64,000 nucleotides of DNA from contig JAPEUD010000048.1 in NCBI GenBank assembly GCA_026026165.1, positions 62,001 through 126,000 on the forward strand, given 5' to 3'. The position numbers were made by a program, and so were the translations under genes. The notes beneath the pieces were generated by a model. The model did not search any database and was not told the DNA's origin. It saw only the letters and a list, made by a program, of their open reading frames with translations. Origin of the DNA: Sarea resinae. Taxonomy: Eukaryota. This document shows positions 1-13,696 of the stretch, piece by piece; position 1 is the stretch's first letter; every line of letters begins with the position of its first letter.

Positions 1-163
1 CTACTCGTAACGTTTAAGGGCTTCTGGTGCTCTAGAGCTTAGGTTTTCAAGGTTACTTATAAGCTTTGGTTCGGTAGTGATAGTAGCACGAGCGGCTTGC
101 TAGATAAAGAGAATACCTGTAGGTATCTATCTACTTAAGTTCAGGTATAGGTGCACACACACA

Positions 164-243
<80 letters not shown>

Positions 244-597
244 TTCTATATTATACTGTAGAGTAGAGTAGAGTAGAGTAGAGTAGAGAAGAGAAGAGAA
301 GAGAAGAGAAGAGAAGAGAAGAGAAGAGAAGAGAAGAGAAGAGAAGAGAAGAGAAGAGAAGAGAAAGGTAATTAGTAGCTTAAATTTCTATACTAATTCC
401 ACGTCATCACTAATTATTCGTCGCTGATTTGTAGTACACTTTCTTTGTAGTAGACTTCTAAACCCTTGTAGAGAGTCTTATGTTTTTCTTGTATTAGTAT
501 AGACTAGGTAGGTTAGGTTAGGTTGGGTTAGGTCTAGCGAGTTGTATAGATAGATATAGATAGATAGAAAGAGGAAGATAGATAGAGGTAGAGAGAT

Positions 598-632
<35 letters not shown>

Positions 633-1125
633 AGAGTGTACTTTATTCTACTATAAAATTTATTCTTCTTCTATTCGAGCTTCTTATACCTAGAAGAAGA
701 AAGAAAAAAGAGAAGAAAAAAGAAAAGAAGAAGAAGAAGAAAAAGAAGTATCTATCTATCTAAGATTTTCTAGAGATTCTTATAGAGTAGTAATAGTAGT
801 AGTAGTACTAAGATAAGGTAGGAGTAGGAAGATAAGATAATAGTAAGGTAAAGTAAGGTAAGGTAATAAGACTCTTAGTAGAAAAGGAAATAGATAGACT
901 TCTAAAGAGAGAGAGAGAGAGAATTAAGAAAAAAAAAAGTAAGAGAGTAAGAGAGTAAGAGATTTATAGGTTCTAGGTTCTAGGTTCTAAGTCATAGAGC
1001 TATTAAGATAGAAACTACTAAGACTAAGAGGCTAGAAGACTAGTAAGATTAAGAGATAAAGGAAGAGAGAAAAAGAGATTAGAAGATAAGAAAGTAAGAA
1101 ACACTAATATATAAAGAGAGCTTAT

Positions 1126-1156
<31 letters not shown>

Positions 1157-1450
1157 TACTATTGTTCTAGATAAAGAAAGCAAAGAGCTTATAGTGCTTA
1201 AAGAGCTTAACTAACCTTACTAGTATAAACACTTTAAACACTCTTAACATTTTACAGCTTAGAATGTCTAAAACATCTAAGAGTTTTCTACCTTATAGTA
1301 TCTAGAAGAGTAATTCTATCTAACTTTGCTTGAGTTTCAAAGAGAGACTAGACTAGACTACGTAGAGAGATAGATACAGCGATAAGAGTACCTGTCTCTT
1401 CTATCTCTCTTTCTTTTCTTCTGCACTAATATTATATTGTACGCTGTAGC
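1..1450. other. AT-rich, TpA-rich/CpA-TpG-poor island (RIP-like) packed with microsatellites
   Basis: No ORF of 60 aa or more. TAG/CTA/TAA are abundant and CA/TG scarce by eye. Contains compound (CA)n(CT)n(TA)n at 154-243, (AGAGT)n then (AGAGA)n at ~259-365 and (AGT)n at ~1126-1150. Confidence 0.8.
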
Positions 1451-1457
1451 TAATTGA

Positions 1458-3759
1458 TCACACTTCTGGTCTCCGCGCGTACACAAAGGATCTGTGGTGA
1501 GAAGAAAGGAATTAGATAAAGGTGTGGCATGTGAGTGCGGTGCTGGTGATAGTTAAGAGGTGGGGTAGGAAGATTGTAGGAGATGAAGGGGAAGGGGGAG
1601 AGAAGAGGAAGGGAGAGAGAGGGTAGGCGGAGGGTGATAACGCAGGATAGATTGGTCGGGTCGGATAAGATAGCAGCGAGTCCTGTGTGCCTGCCATCTG
1701 CCTCTGATAGTGATAGTGATAGTGACGGTGCTGTTTTTCAGGGTGTATGTGCGTGTATATCATGCAAGTGTGTGGGTAGGCAAACAGACGCGAATACAAA
1801 GACGCAGAGCTTACACTTCCTGAAATGCATGGATCTTCGGGTCCTTGAGCCCCTTTCTAAACTCGGCGAGGTAGAGCTGCACTTCTGCAGGCGTCCACTA
1901 CGATGAACAAAGGTCAGCGGATTGGCTCTCGGTGACTGTCGAGCTATCGAAAAAGAGTGTTTCTTCGTTCGAATCACAGACACCCTAGCACAACATCGTA
2001 CCTTTAGATACCGGGTCAACAGAAACAGCGCCCAGCCCTCGATGCCCTCCTCCCACCGGGCGCGATTATACAGCCCGATCGTCTTGAGATGGCCGTCTTT
2101 CGGCCACGCGCCGACGGGCCATTTGTAGCGCACTTCGGTGACGGCCTCGAAGCCGGCCTCCTCGAGGTGGCGCTTCATGTCGTCGACGATGGCGAGCGAT
2201 TTGCCAAAGGCGTTGCCGGCCGCGATCGAGACCTCGCCCCAGCGCGCGAAGATGGTGTTGTCGGTGGAGCCGTCCTCGGATTTGAGGACGACGCTTTTTT
2301 CCGCTTGTTCGAAGTAGCCGCCCGGTTTGAGGTGGCTGAGATTGAAAGAAGGGAGGGAGTCAGTTGGTGATCGGGTGTTTGACAGAGAGAAGGGAGGAAG
2401 AAAAAGGCACATCACTCACTCCTTTACCTGCCGATAGAAAGCTGGCCAGTCGGCCACGCAGCCGTAGAGGCCCCGGGCGTGGATGAAGTCGAAGCTGGAC
2501 TTGGTGTACACCCACTCGGCGGTGAAGTCGTCGATTTCGAATTGCAGATTCGGCGGTACGAGGGTCGGCTGGATTGGCGATAGGTCCGTGCCTATCACGG
2601 ATGCCGATGGGTATTTGTCTGCGATGTCGCTGTGGTTTCAATATCTTCGTGTCAGCAGCATGAGGCGAGGTCAGGTCAGTGAGTGGGGGTGTGGAAAAGG
2701 GGATGGACGTTGAGATGCCGGGGGAGGGAAGAAGGGGGCGAGGGGTCAATCTCGGTGCAAGCATCGGGGCATAGCATCGGAGGGGCTGCCTACATGGCAA
2801 AAATGCCAGTCCCTGTGCCCAGATCTAGAATGCGCTGATGAGTTTTATATCGAGTCAGCTGAGCGCTTCATTCCTCATGTCTCGCCATCTTCAACGACAA
2901 AGCTGGGCTGGGAATTGAAAAGACGAAGGAATCCTCATCAAGATCGACCTTACCTGCGGATTGTCTCCGATGGGCGCAAGGAATAATCTATCCTCGAGTG
3001 TCAGGAGATAGATGTGGTGTCTACCCGATCACGAATCTCATCAGCTCTGTCGGTTCGCGTTCGTCACGTCCGCCCTCCCACCAGTCGTATCTGTGCGGGG
3101 GAAGCTAGATTTGACTGACTCGATATCCAACTCTTCGTTCTGCTGGTCGTCGTTCGGGCCCCTCATAGCGTGGTAGGTCAGCACATGCGCTCCGGGACTG
3201 GCTGACTGGGCGCGTGCGTGCGTGCATGCGTGCATGCGTGCATGCGTGCATGCGTGCATGCGTACAAGCATGACCATCTTCTCGCATGCACGCCCGCCCG
3301 CACACAGCTAGCTTTTCCTGTGATGAGGCTGGTCAGAACTTACCAGTAAGCTCCAGCCTTATAGGCATGGTAGCGTCTGCCGTTCTCGTAGCGGTATCTC
3401 GAGATGCTCGAGGAGAGCGAGGTGGTCGTGCTAGATGGATACCCGCCGAACATTAGCTCGTCTCCGTGCCTGTCTTGCCGTGGACTTGATTCAGGTGTCG
3501 ACGTATTCGAGCTGCATTCGCAACGCATCTATTCTTGACGACCAGGGGGGCAAACACTCCAGATGGAAGGGCGAAAGGGCTTACGAATAAGCATCTTCGT
3601 CATCGCCGAACGCAGAGTCGTGCTCGCTGCTGTCCTGCTCGTAGGCGCGGGATCGATGAATGAGCCAGAGTCCCCGAGACAACCAGACCCGAAGCCGACT
3701 GGGAAAGTCAAGTAGACAGACAGACGTACGACAGAGATAGGCGCGTTTGCATCCGTCAT
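1458..3759 (-). CDS. S-adenosylmethionine-dependent methyltransferase, LaeA-like/TAM family (multi-exon)
   Basis: Spliced peptides MTDANAPISV|DSSEHDSAFG..|YRYENGRRYHAYKAGAYW|GPNDDQQNEELDI|..LFLAPIGDNPQ|RILDLGTGTGIFA|..IGTDLSPIQP..NLQFEIDD..FDFIHAR|HLKPGGYFEQAE..|..SFVYARRPEV*. SAM-binding motif LDLGTGTG; GT-AG introns. Confidence 0.9.
3210..3266. repeat. Alternating purine-pyrimidine tract (GCGT)n(GCATGCGT)n in a methyltransferase intron
   Basis: Read directly from the sequence; ~57 bp of strict RY alternation. Confidence 0.9.
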
Positions 3760-4644
3760 TTCGGATTCGCACTTGATCAAGCAAGCACACAAACAAACAA
3801 ACGAGCAAGCAAGCAAACTAAGATCTTCAAAGACTTGTGAAGCTCACAAAAGCTTCCGCGCGCAACGACGACAACAATGACGACGACCACTTCGATAGCC
3901 GGGTGATAGTCGAGATCGTAGCTAGCTATCGTAGTGGCGCACGAGTGTGGAGTCCCTGGTATGGATGAAGAGCATTCCCCATCTACGCAAGAAGCACGCA
4001 TCTCGACTCTGGCGACGCCATGGCCATGGGGTGACTTGGACTCTGACCTTCCGGACCCGGAAAGGGATCGGGGGGTCGCATTGGTACCAAGAGGATCCTG
4101 TACGGATCTCCACTCTTTGCCGGGGGCGATGTTGGTGATGTCGATGTTGTTGTTGGTACTCCTTGTACCCCGCTACAGCGTTAGGGTTCGTGGACGATCC
4201 GATAAGAGCCCCTCGACATCAATATCCCCGTCGCCGGGGAAGGGGATGGGGAAGGGTTCGAAGGCAATGCTTCTCGATGCATTCATCTGATGACGGCAAG
4301 GAGGACATGCTTTGATCACGATACCTCACACTGGCAGATCATCTCCATTCTCTCCGGCACGTTCTTGCTACCAATGGATATCAGCATTCGGCGTCCGGCA
4401 CTGGATTTGTAATCGATAAGCTCGGAGCGGCATGATGCAATAAGCAGCAACAGCAACGGCAACAATGACAATGCGATTCCATCCATTGATCCCATCTCTC
4501 GCGACACTCTGGACACTCGAGACACGACAATAGCGAACAAAATAACCGCTACCCATACTCAGCGAGCCGTGCTTCCCTTCCCTTCCCTTCCCATTCAGCA
4601 TCGCATCACCGTTCAAGCTGGCATTCAAGCCGACATTACGAGCC

Positions 4645-5420
4645 ATGACGAACTTCCAGATCGAGGTGATCTCGGACACCGTCTGCCCATGGGTAAGCAA
4701 ACAAGCAAGCAAGCAGCACGACTCGTACAAACACCCTCCATCGCTCCCGTCCGGATGACACCAGCTAACAACACCCACCCGCCAAAGTGCTACATCGGCA
4801 AAAAGCGGCTCGAGGCAGGAATCGCGCTCTACCAAGCCCGGCAGCCCCCAAGCACGACCACCGCGGCCGACACCTTCAGCACGACCTGGCTCCCCTTCTA
4901 CCTGAACCCCGGGGCGCCCAAAGAAGGCGTCGACAAGAAGGGCTACTACGAATCGAAGTTCGGCGCGGCGCGCACCGAGGCCATCTTCGCGCGTCTAGGC
5001 GCCGCGGGCGCCGCGCACGGCATCGCGTTCCGCTTCGGCGGCAAGACGGGCAACACGCGGGACTCGCACCGGCTGATCGAGCTGGGCAAGACCAAGGGCG
5101 CCGACGCGCAGACCAGGGTCGTCGACGCGCTCTTCCGGGCCTATTTCGAGAACGAGCAGGACATCACCAGCCACGCCGTGCTGACCCGGGCGGGCGTCGA
5201 GGCCGGCTTGCCCGAGGACGAGGTGCGTCTGTGGCTTGAGAGCGACAAGGGTGGCAGCCGCGTCGACGACGAGGTCCGGAGGGCCCAGCTGAGGGATATT
5301 GGCGGCGTGCCGCATTTTACCATCCAGGGACGGTATGAAATTGGCGGCGCCGAGGACCCGGCCGAGTTCGTGAGGGCGTTTGAGCTGGTCAAGAAGGCCG
5401 AGCAGAGCGGCGTGCAGTAG
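4645..5420 (+). CDS. DsbA-like thioredoxin-fold protein (FrnE subfamily)
   Basis: Exon 1 (4645-4692) MTNFQIEVISDTVCPW; intron 4693-4787 (GTAAGC..GCTAAC..AAG); exon 2 CYIGKKRLE..WLPFYLNP..GNTRDSHRLI..GVPHFTI. CPWC active site and cis-Pro GVP motif. Confidence 0.92.
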
Positions 5421-5610
5421 AGCAGAGCGGAGTAGAGCAGAGTAGAGCAAAACTAGAGCAACTTCTTCGTCTTCTAATCCGAAACGATCTCACAAAGCGG
5501 CCGGCTTTCTTACAGATAAACAGCCTCTTAAGCGTCTTGACGTATCATGCCGCCGTCCCCTGTGCCTCTCCTCTCCTCTCTTCTCATCAGGGAAACCGTA
5601 TGTTAATTGT

Positions 5611-5613
<3 letters not shown>

Positions 5614-5655
<42 letters not shown>

Positions 5656-5725
5656 CAGTAGCAGCAGTAGCAACAGCAACAGCAACAGCAACAGCAGTAG
5701 TAGTAGCAGCAGCAGTAGTAGTAGT
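5614..5725. repeat. Compound (AGT)n/(AGC)n/(AGCAAC)n microsatellite
   Basis: Read directly; part of the SSR-rich interval 5420-6655, which also holds (TAGG)n, (TTTCA)n and (CAAT)n. Confidence 0.9.
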
Positions 5726-6654
5726 AAACACATGCAAGCCCTTCCCTCCCTAGCCTCCCCCTTTTTCCCATCCCAGCACCCCTCCCCCGTCGCGCTCCCC
5801 CTCTTCGCCCCTTTTCGATCTCAAGGACCCAGACTCTTGACTCCTCACCACTACCATTACCATCACCATCACCACTACCTTCATAAATCTAGCGAGGTTC
5901 CAACTACAGATATCTCGGACTCTGCACAGACAGACACACAGACACACAGGCAAACAGGTAGGTAGGTTGAGCACCTTACCTAGTAATCTCCTCATAGAGA
6001 AAAGTCACATTGCAGGCCGTATATTGCGTCGTGTTGTGTGCTGTGTGCTGGGTCTTGTTATCTGATTGGGTTGGATGGGATCGGTGAATGGACGAGTGAA
6101 TGAATGGCGTAGCGAGAGTGTAGAGAGCGTGTAGGATAGGGTAGGGATGAGAGGAAAAGACAAAGACGAAGACGAAAAAGACGAAGAAGAAGGGGGAAAA
6201 GAAGAGGAAGACGAAGACAAAGGACGATTATAGAGTCCGGGTATCTATCGGCTATCACATTAATGGTTTTTCTTTGTATATACATATCAACGCACCGAGG
6301 CGTTCGAGACCCGGCCAATCAATCAATCAATCAACCGATCGATCCATCGATCGATCAGACCCAGTCGACGTCCCGTTCTTCCCTCTCTAGTAGAAACAAA
6401 AAAGAGAAAAGAGAATTCCGAGCCCTCGTGTCATTAGTTTAGGTAGGTAGGTAGGCAAGTAGGTAGGTAGGTAGGTAGGTAAAGCAGGTAGTAGGTAAAG
6501 CAAGCAGGGTAAATAGGGGACTCGTTCCATTTCATTTCATTTCATTTCATTTCGTTCCGTTTTCGTGAGACGCCGATAGGGTGGAATCAGATACACTTCT
6601 CCGTGTCCTGTGGGTTCTCTGGTCGTCTTTGATTTCGTCAATCAAGTGATCTGA

Positions 6655-9344
6655 TCAATCGCGATTGATTACCCGCAAGCTCCGACGCGGATTCAGCATG
6701 ACGCCGAGGAAGCTCGGTTCGCGCCCTTGCAGCAGATCGCCCGTGCTCGAATTCGGTGTCGAGCTGTCTCGACCCCTTTCTCCTCCTCCCCCTCCTGCTG
6801 CCATAGGATAGGAAGACGTTTGCATGGGAATACTGGTATAGGGCCCGTTATTACCGTGGCCGTGACCGTGACCGCGACCACCGGAACCAGAACTCGCTTC
6901 ATCCGAAGAAGAGACCGCGTGTCGGTCGGAGCTGGAATTGCCCGTACTGTCTCGGTGAGGTATGACAAAGGCCCCCTTTTCGCCAATCGGTGCTCCACCG
7001 GCGGCGCCGCGCTGGGACATCTCAACGTGATTCTTGTAGAGCGAGAGTTGGCGGCGGTAGACCCAGGCGCAGAACCCGAGGTAGCCGGCCAGGATGGCAA
7101 GAAGGCCTGCGATTACGCCCGCTACAATGGCACCGACGTTCGTGCCACTTCCTGACTTTGACTTTTGACCAGTGGTGCTCGACGTGGGGTTTCTGCTTGT
7201 AGACGAGGGATCTTGGCCCTGGCTCGAGGATGAAGACGAGGTCGAGGTCGCAGTTGCGCCGTTGGATTGAGTGGTCGTGTAGGTGACTGGCTTCCCCGTT
7301 GCCAGGGGGCCACTGGTGGCGGACTGAACGGGCGCTGTCACCGTCGCGCCGCCGTTCTCTGAGCCTCCAATCACGGATTGCACGACGGCTGGAACCTTGT
7401 ACCCGTAGCTGCCGGCCAAGCCTGTCATATTCTTGCTCTGTGCCGCTTGTTGGTTCTGCGTGTCGCCTCCGGTCAGGGCAGTGAACTGATTGACCCATTT
7501 CAACTGCGAGACATCGAAGACGTAGATGCCAGGGCTATCGCAACTGAGATTCTGGCCTACGTAGCCGCCTACTACAATCATCTGCGAGTCCCAGATGTTG
7601 CATGTATGGCCTGCGCGGGCGGGCGGCACGGATTGGTTAGAGACATCGACCTTGATCCACGTGAAGCTTGGGATGGTCAGGATCCAGACGTCGTCGTATT
7701 GAGTCTGGCTTCCATACGGGATTAGATTCTGTCCTCCGTACATGTAGACGTTAAAGCTGGAGCCACTGATATAAGGAGGCGTTAGACACTTTCCTAGTTG
7801 TGATGTGCGTTGTTGGGTTGACTTACTCGGCGGCTGCAGCCACGACTGCACAAGGGTTAACTCTAATCTCAGGAGTTGTTCCACTCGTGGCCTGCTTGTA
7901 CCATGTTGAGTTCGCAATGTCGTAGACGTCTATCACGTTCATTTGAGTCTATCTGGTTGTAAGCAGGCGTTCAAAGTACCCAAGACGGCTGAGCATGCTC
8001 ACAAAAGTATCATTTGTCCCACCAGCCAAACCCAGGATGATGCCATCCCTGCCCCATCCTGGTACATAGACCAGAATGCCATCTGCTCTTTCCGTAAATC
8101 CAGCCTCGTCTTGATTTCCCCCCTCGGTGATGTTCCGCCAGTTTCCATCTGTACCGGCGAGTTTTCCTCCAGCCAAAGTCTGCACCCCGTCGTTGGTATA
8201 CCCAGGAAACGTGAACTCTAGCAGTGATTTCAGGTAGACACGAGCAATAGACTGGGACCAAGCGGCAGTAGTATAGCCATCCAGATGGCCGCCAAAGTAC
8301 CATCCGCGGCCGAGTTCAGGAACCGTTAACCCGGCGCCTTCAGCCGCTCGTTGTACTGCATTTCCATCACCTGCGGAATTGTTCCCTGAGGATGTTTGCG
8401 GAGAATTATGCTCGATCCATTGTTGTGAACCAAGATCATATTCCCACATGGCAAATGGCACAGGAGAGGTGATCGGGTCATCGGAGAACTCGCCGCCATA
8501 TAGGTATAATGAATTGTATGAATTGAAGAGGTATCCGTTTGCCACTGGAGGAGGACCTGAAGGTTGCGGAAGTCCTTGGACGGTAGGAGAGGATATCTGC
8601 CAGGTACTTTTCAAAGGAAGAGAAAGGAAGTCATTATCTAGGTTGGTGTTAGTGAGGATTCGAGGAGAAGCTCTTGAAGCTGGGCAACTTACTCCAGGTG
8701 CCGCTTGTCTGATCCGCATCGGTCGTCGCACGACCTCCATAAATGTATATTGTGCCGTTGACAATTGCAGCTAGGGTATATTAATTCGAGTCGTTTGATA
8801 GAATATATCAAAACCTACTTTGGTGGCTCCATCGCGTGCAGATATCCGTAGGAGTGTTGTCCCGAGCGAGAAGCCCATCGTTCTCCATTCGCCGTTCGGT
8901 AAGTGGCATTGGTTTTCCGGTTGGGCTTGCTCTCGCTCCTAGTCCGCCATATTTTGCTCCAAATGTTGTGGCGCTATGTAGGAGTGGTAGTAGAAGAGCT
9001 AGTAGAGGGAGAATGAAAGCCAATCTCAGAGAACGTGAATGTATGGATGGCGCCTCGTCCGAAGTTATCGCGGCAGTGGACAGCACTTTCACCGTTGGCC
9101 CACCGATTCCTTCATCCGCTTCGATCGAAGCTGCTCCTGGACATTCTCTGTTGGAAGCATCAAGTGGTCGATATTCATGAGTGGCTGGAGATTCCACGTT
9201 CTCCGCATATGGGAACTGCGAAAGGTCGCCGAGATCATCCAGGCCAATCTCCTTGAATACAGAAAAGCGTCGGTGCTTGAGTGGGGTTGGAACAGTATTC
9301 ATAAACATAGCTCGTCCTTCATCTGCCCCCGAAGCGGTGCCCAT
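6655..9344 (-). CDS. Kelch/galactose-oxidase-like beta-propeller membrane protein with Ser/Thr-rich stalk (4 exons; start uncertain)
   Basis: Repeated YGG/FGG/VGG..W kelch signatures (VYIYGG, LYLYGG, WYFGG, YMYGG, RAGHTC..VVGG). N-terminal hydrophobic segment LAFILPLLALLLPLL; TM helix VGAIVAGVIAGLLAILAGYLGFCAWVY followed by RRQ. Confidence 0.8.
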
Positions 9345-12043
9345 GGCCAAAGTATGGTAGAGTGGCAACAACCCGACGAATGGGTATCGAATGGGTATCG
9401 TGATAGGCAGTGCTGGTATGCATGCAACGCCGAGTTCAATTGAAGCGATGTTCAAGGAAGCTTTCACGATGCGCAAAGGAACAAAAGTTCAAGATGGAAA
9501 GGGAAATGCCATCACGAGGTCGAGTTTTCCCTAGGCCTCTTCCACATGTTGGTAGAAAATTGATATCGGGGTTGTTTGCGACCCTAACAGCAACAAGCCT
9601 CGAGCCAACGGCAAACAGGGTCTGGCATGATCAACAGCGGTGGCGGCATTGAGTCGCTATGACGCTATCTCAGTGCCAGCAGCACCCCGGACCCATAGAA
9701 ACAGCAGCAGATCAAAGGGGCTGTTGCTTGCATTCTATGGTACTCTGGTACTCGAATGCTACATGGGAGATATGGAGCAGACGCGGGACAACAACGAATG
9801 GAAAAGCAGGAACAGACAGGACAGATGGGACAGACGGGGTGAGACATGGCGGTGTCAAGCTTCATGGCGCGAACGATGCTTGGCTAGACAAATGAAAGTC
9901 GCCCGAAGGGGCATCTCCTCCAAGCGAAGCCAGACCGGATCGCCAGTCAATTCAAGAGTTTAAGGAGTAGCTCCAGACGCCACAGCTGCGTGTCTTCCAC
10001 GCGAACTCGCCATCATGGCATTCGGAGGCGTCGATCCCGGCAATAGACATCCCAACATGGCATTTCGGAACATGGCCACAAATGAGCCAGAAAGGAGGAC
10101 GCTCGTTCGTTTCCCGGTTTCCGACTTGCGGTCTCCGCTCTTCCTCAGTACATAGTACCTCGACTTGGAGGCGGGAAGACCATCCATCCATTCATCCCTG
10201 CCCTGGCCGGTCGGGCTGATGATGATTGATGATGACATACGAATAGCGTCAACCTCGTCCTTTCTCTGCAGGCGAGCTGAATGTCTGCGTTCACATTGCC
10301 GTAATCTGATGTGGTTTGCCATCCATGATCTGAACGCAGCTCTGCGAATGAGCCTGCGAATGAACCTAACTACTGAGGGATTTCGTACCTCGAAGCCATG
10401 GTTCCCATCTCCTCTCGCAGTACATCTTGCATGCCCTGCGCAATCGTACTGCAAAAGATATCGATAAAGCAGCACTGCTCGTCATTTGAATGGTAAATCT
10501 CCGAGCCTAAGATAATCACTTCCCGCAACCTCTTCAATTCGTAGTAGTAAGAAAGTCCACTGCCTGGAACAAAAACCTCGGCCAGATGCCTCCAAAAACG
10601 CATACGACAAGAAACAAGGGCCTGGAAAGGAAAAAAGAAAATCAAAAACATACAGCAGCGGGTATTCGCTGGTGGTCACCCACCCAACTACTAATCCGCC
10701 GGTTTGTAACTTGAGTTCAGGAGAGCGGACGGGATCCTCTATATTCCACAACCTATGGCCGTATGTGACAGATTACAGACCTACATGGGTATATAACTAC
10801 CCTGAGTATTGTCTAACTGTTTGGTTTTCCGACTTGGGGCTAGGCGGCCGTCCGATTATCGAACTTCTGTCGGGTACCACCGAACGCGGTATCGATTGAG
10901 ATTCATTCATGAGCAACGGTAGGAGAGTCTACTAATACCAACTCACCCCATACCAAAGAATAACAATCAACACAAGACCTGATCATCTCTTGATCATGAC
11001 GGACCTGGGGGATTTGAGCTGGCCTTCTTTGGGCTGCCCGCCACATCTGGCAGCACTTTGGAAGTTGGCGCAGAGGCATTCCATTATGCCTGGCCTCCAT
11101 CTGACAAAACAGAGCAGCACACCCAATGAGCAGAGGCCGGCACAAGAGTCATGGCAGCTCCTGGGTACATGTCAAATTATACTACCAGTACTCATAATAG
11201 GCCTCTTCAATAAAATCTGACATTTCTATTGCCCTCCCTCTCGCCTTTCCCATCTTTAGACCCCGAATGAGCAGAAGCGGGTTGATTTCTGCAGCGTTGG
11301 CCGTGCGAGAGCATTGCATCTGGGGAAAGCAGGTTGTTTGGTTGAATGCTGGCGGGAGAGTGCTCGTTCGCGCGCCTGTCTTGATCTCCGGTGAGGAAGT
11401 CAGTGAAGATGTCGTTCGACGCTGGCTGTCTATTCTTCTTCGTTGCCACCAGCTTTTACTCTCACGTCTAGTGCATGACCTATTGCTGGATCCAGACCCC
11501 CCGAAACTCGTACACATCCACAACTACGCGCGCGTTACTCGAGCGCACTTCATCTAGTGAGGTAATCGACTTTGGTGTATCTTGCACATGATGCGAGCTG
11601 TCAAATAACACTCAAAGCTCGGCTAGCGTTCAGAAAATTGACGTGAATGGAATTCGACATTCGGATTTCCTGTGACGATCTTATTTCGTAGGCTAAATAA
11701 AGTAACGTGACATGTTTCAAAAACTATGTAATGTAATGCGCCTCTCATCCCACTCCACCACACCACGGACGGAACCAGCCTCAATTCGATCGAGTATTCG
11801 ATCGAGGGAAACAAAAGGGCAAAAGGAAGGGAAAAAAAGGACACGGGGGGATGGGGTTATGCGCAAGGGGTAAAAAGAGGAGCAAACGCCAGTCTTGGAG
11901 ATTCGGGTGGAAAGCGAGGTGGGGAGAGGGGGAGCTTGATGAGGCAGCTGCGGGGATGCAGTCGGAAAGAGCAGGGCAGGATGGGAAGGGAGTGAACGGA
12001 GAAGAAGAGCGCATGGTTGGGTAAGGGAGGCAGGAGAGGGTTA

Positions 12044-12970
12044 TTACATTGCCATTTCGGCCTGCAATTTCCGGAGTTCCTCTTCCTCGTCTTCTTCGTC
12101 TGGTGATACTGCAGCGGGAGATTTGCCTTTGACTGCCAACGCAAAAACATTAGCTACGTGGTCTATTACCCACACAGACTATTGAGCAAATGGAAAGGAA
12201 TAAACTCACGTTCCCCGTTTGCAGGCGTCGGTAATCTGTGTACCTCGTCGGCCACTGGCACGGTACCCGTTCTCAAGAGATTCGAGTCAAGTTCCTCTTG
12301 CGCCATATCGTTGAGTTCGTCCTCCAGTTCTGTTTCATCGACTTGTTCGCCGATGGGTGCGCTTGTGATGGCGTTTGCAATTTCTTCGCCTAGGGCGTGC
12401 TGTTCGCGGAGTTGATCCCTAAATCAAAAGGTAATTAGAATGGTTGATTTATAAGAGAATATATATGGCTCGGTAAATAGGCAGACGTACATGGTATTAT
12501 CTACTTTGTCCATGGTGAGACCGGCATGGATCTGCTCCATAGCCTTACCTGCATTCCGCATCGCGTTCAACGTCTCTTGATTAATGTTTGCGGCTTCGAT
12601 GGAGTAAATTTCTTGCTCGAGAGTGTTGATCTGGGCCGAGGTCTGCTCAAGGGAGTGCTCGTGGGCCTTCTTGCGCTTGAGCGCCGTCCGTGCAGCTGTG
12701 AAACACTTTAGTGACCAGTTTTGAAAGAACATGATCCAGAATATCTAAGCTCAGAAGCAGAGGATCCCCATGCTATCAGAGAAATGAAAGCCTACCATTC
12801 TTATTCGTATTGACGTATTTCCGAGCCAGCGCATCCTGCTCGGCCATCTGATTTTCCAAATGCTTCTCTCTCTTCTGCAGCATATCTAGCTGCTGCCGCA
12901 GCGCCAGGATGGCATTCTTGGGCGCATCCTTCCGTTTCTGCCCGCCCCCACCAGCAAACCAGCCCCACAT
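12044..12970 (-). CDS. SNF7: ESCRT-III subunit Snf7/Vps32 (4 exons)
   Basis: MWGWFAGG..PKNAILALRQQLDMLQKRE|AARTALKRKK..IEAANINQETL..MDKVDNTM|DQLREQHALGEEIANAI..VDETELEDEL|..EEEELRKLQAEMAM*. Confidence 0.95.
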
Positions 12971-13696
12971 GCCTGATGTTCCTTGTTGATGGACCAGGGA
13001 GAGTATCTCTGAGATACAGTGATCTCAGGACAGGTTATCTATCCCACTTGACCTAGGTACTTTTGGTCTGCAGCGTCGAGTGTTGACTGATGGAGGATAA
13101 ACGGGCGTAACGTGAACGCTGGTCGGGCGGCGATTAGCGGCTGTGGGGCAGATATCGGGATCTGGATAAGAAGACTCGTCGACAGAGGGAGGTTCGGGAA
13201 TCGGGAGAGAGCCTATTCGAGGTATCTGGATATTCTGATTCTGTAACGCGTAATGAAAGATGGTAGGACTGCGGACGTGAGCAAGTACAGGCGGTCGTTC
13301 ATTGATCTATTCGTCTTGGCTTGATGTTGGTACGAACACCTCAGACAGCTAGAGGTCATCATCCTACCTTATGACGACGCTAAGCGGGTATCTGGACGGC
13401 CACGTGACGCATCTCTCTGCCTCCGTCGTCTATCGCGTTCTAGAGGTATTTACATCTTTAGATCCGCCCAAGTACGAATGTCAAGGATTTACTCGGAGTA
13501 GGTATCCTGCGCTCGTGCTTTGCTTGCAACTGGCAGCTTTCTGAGGCAATCCCCGCCCGCACTGTGTCGCGAGTGTGATGATATACGCATTAAGATGAGT
13601 CGAGCGCAGCAGACAAGATGAAGTAGAGAGGGAACGGACGGTATATGCACGCTCGACCGTATACCTCTGGCTGTTTGAGCCGTCGGCGCGACCGAG

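Noticed and set aside
1..1450. Telomere or transposon remnant
   Set aside because: No (TTAGGG)n tract, LTR, TIR or transposase/RT motif is recognisable.
9480..11900. Short ORFs between the kelch gene and SNF7
   Set aside because: No recognisable domain or consistent exon chain.
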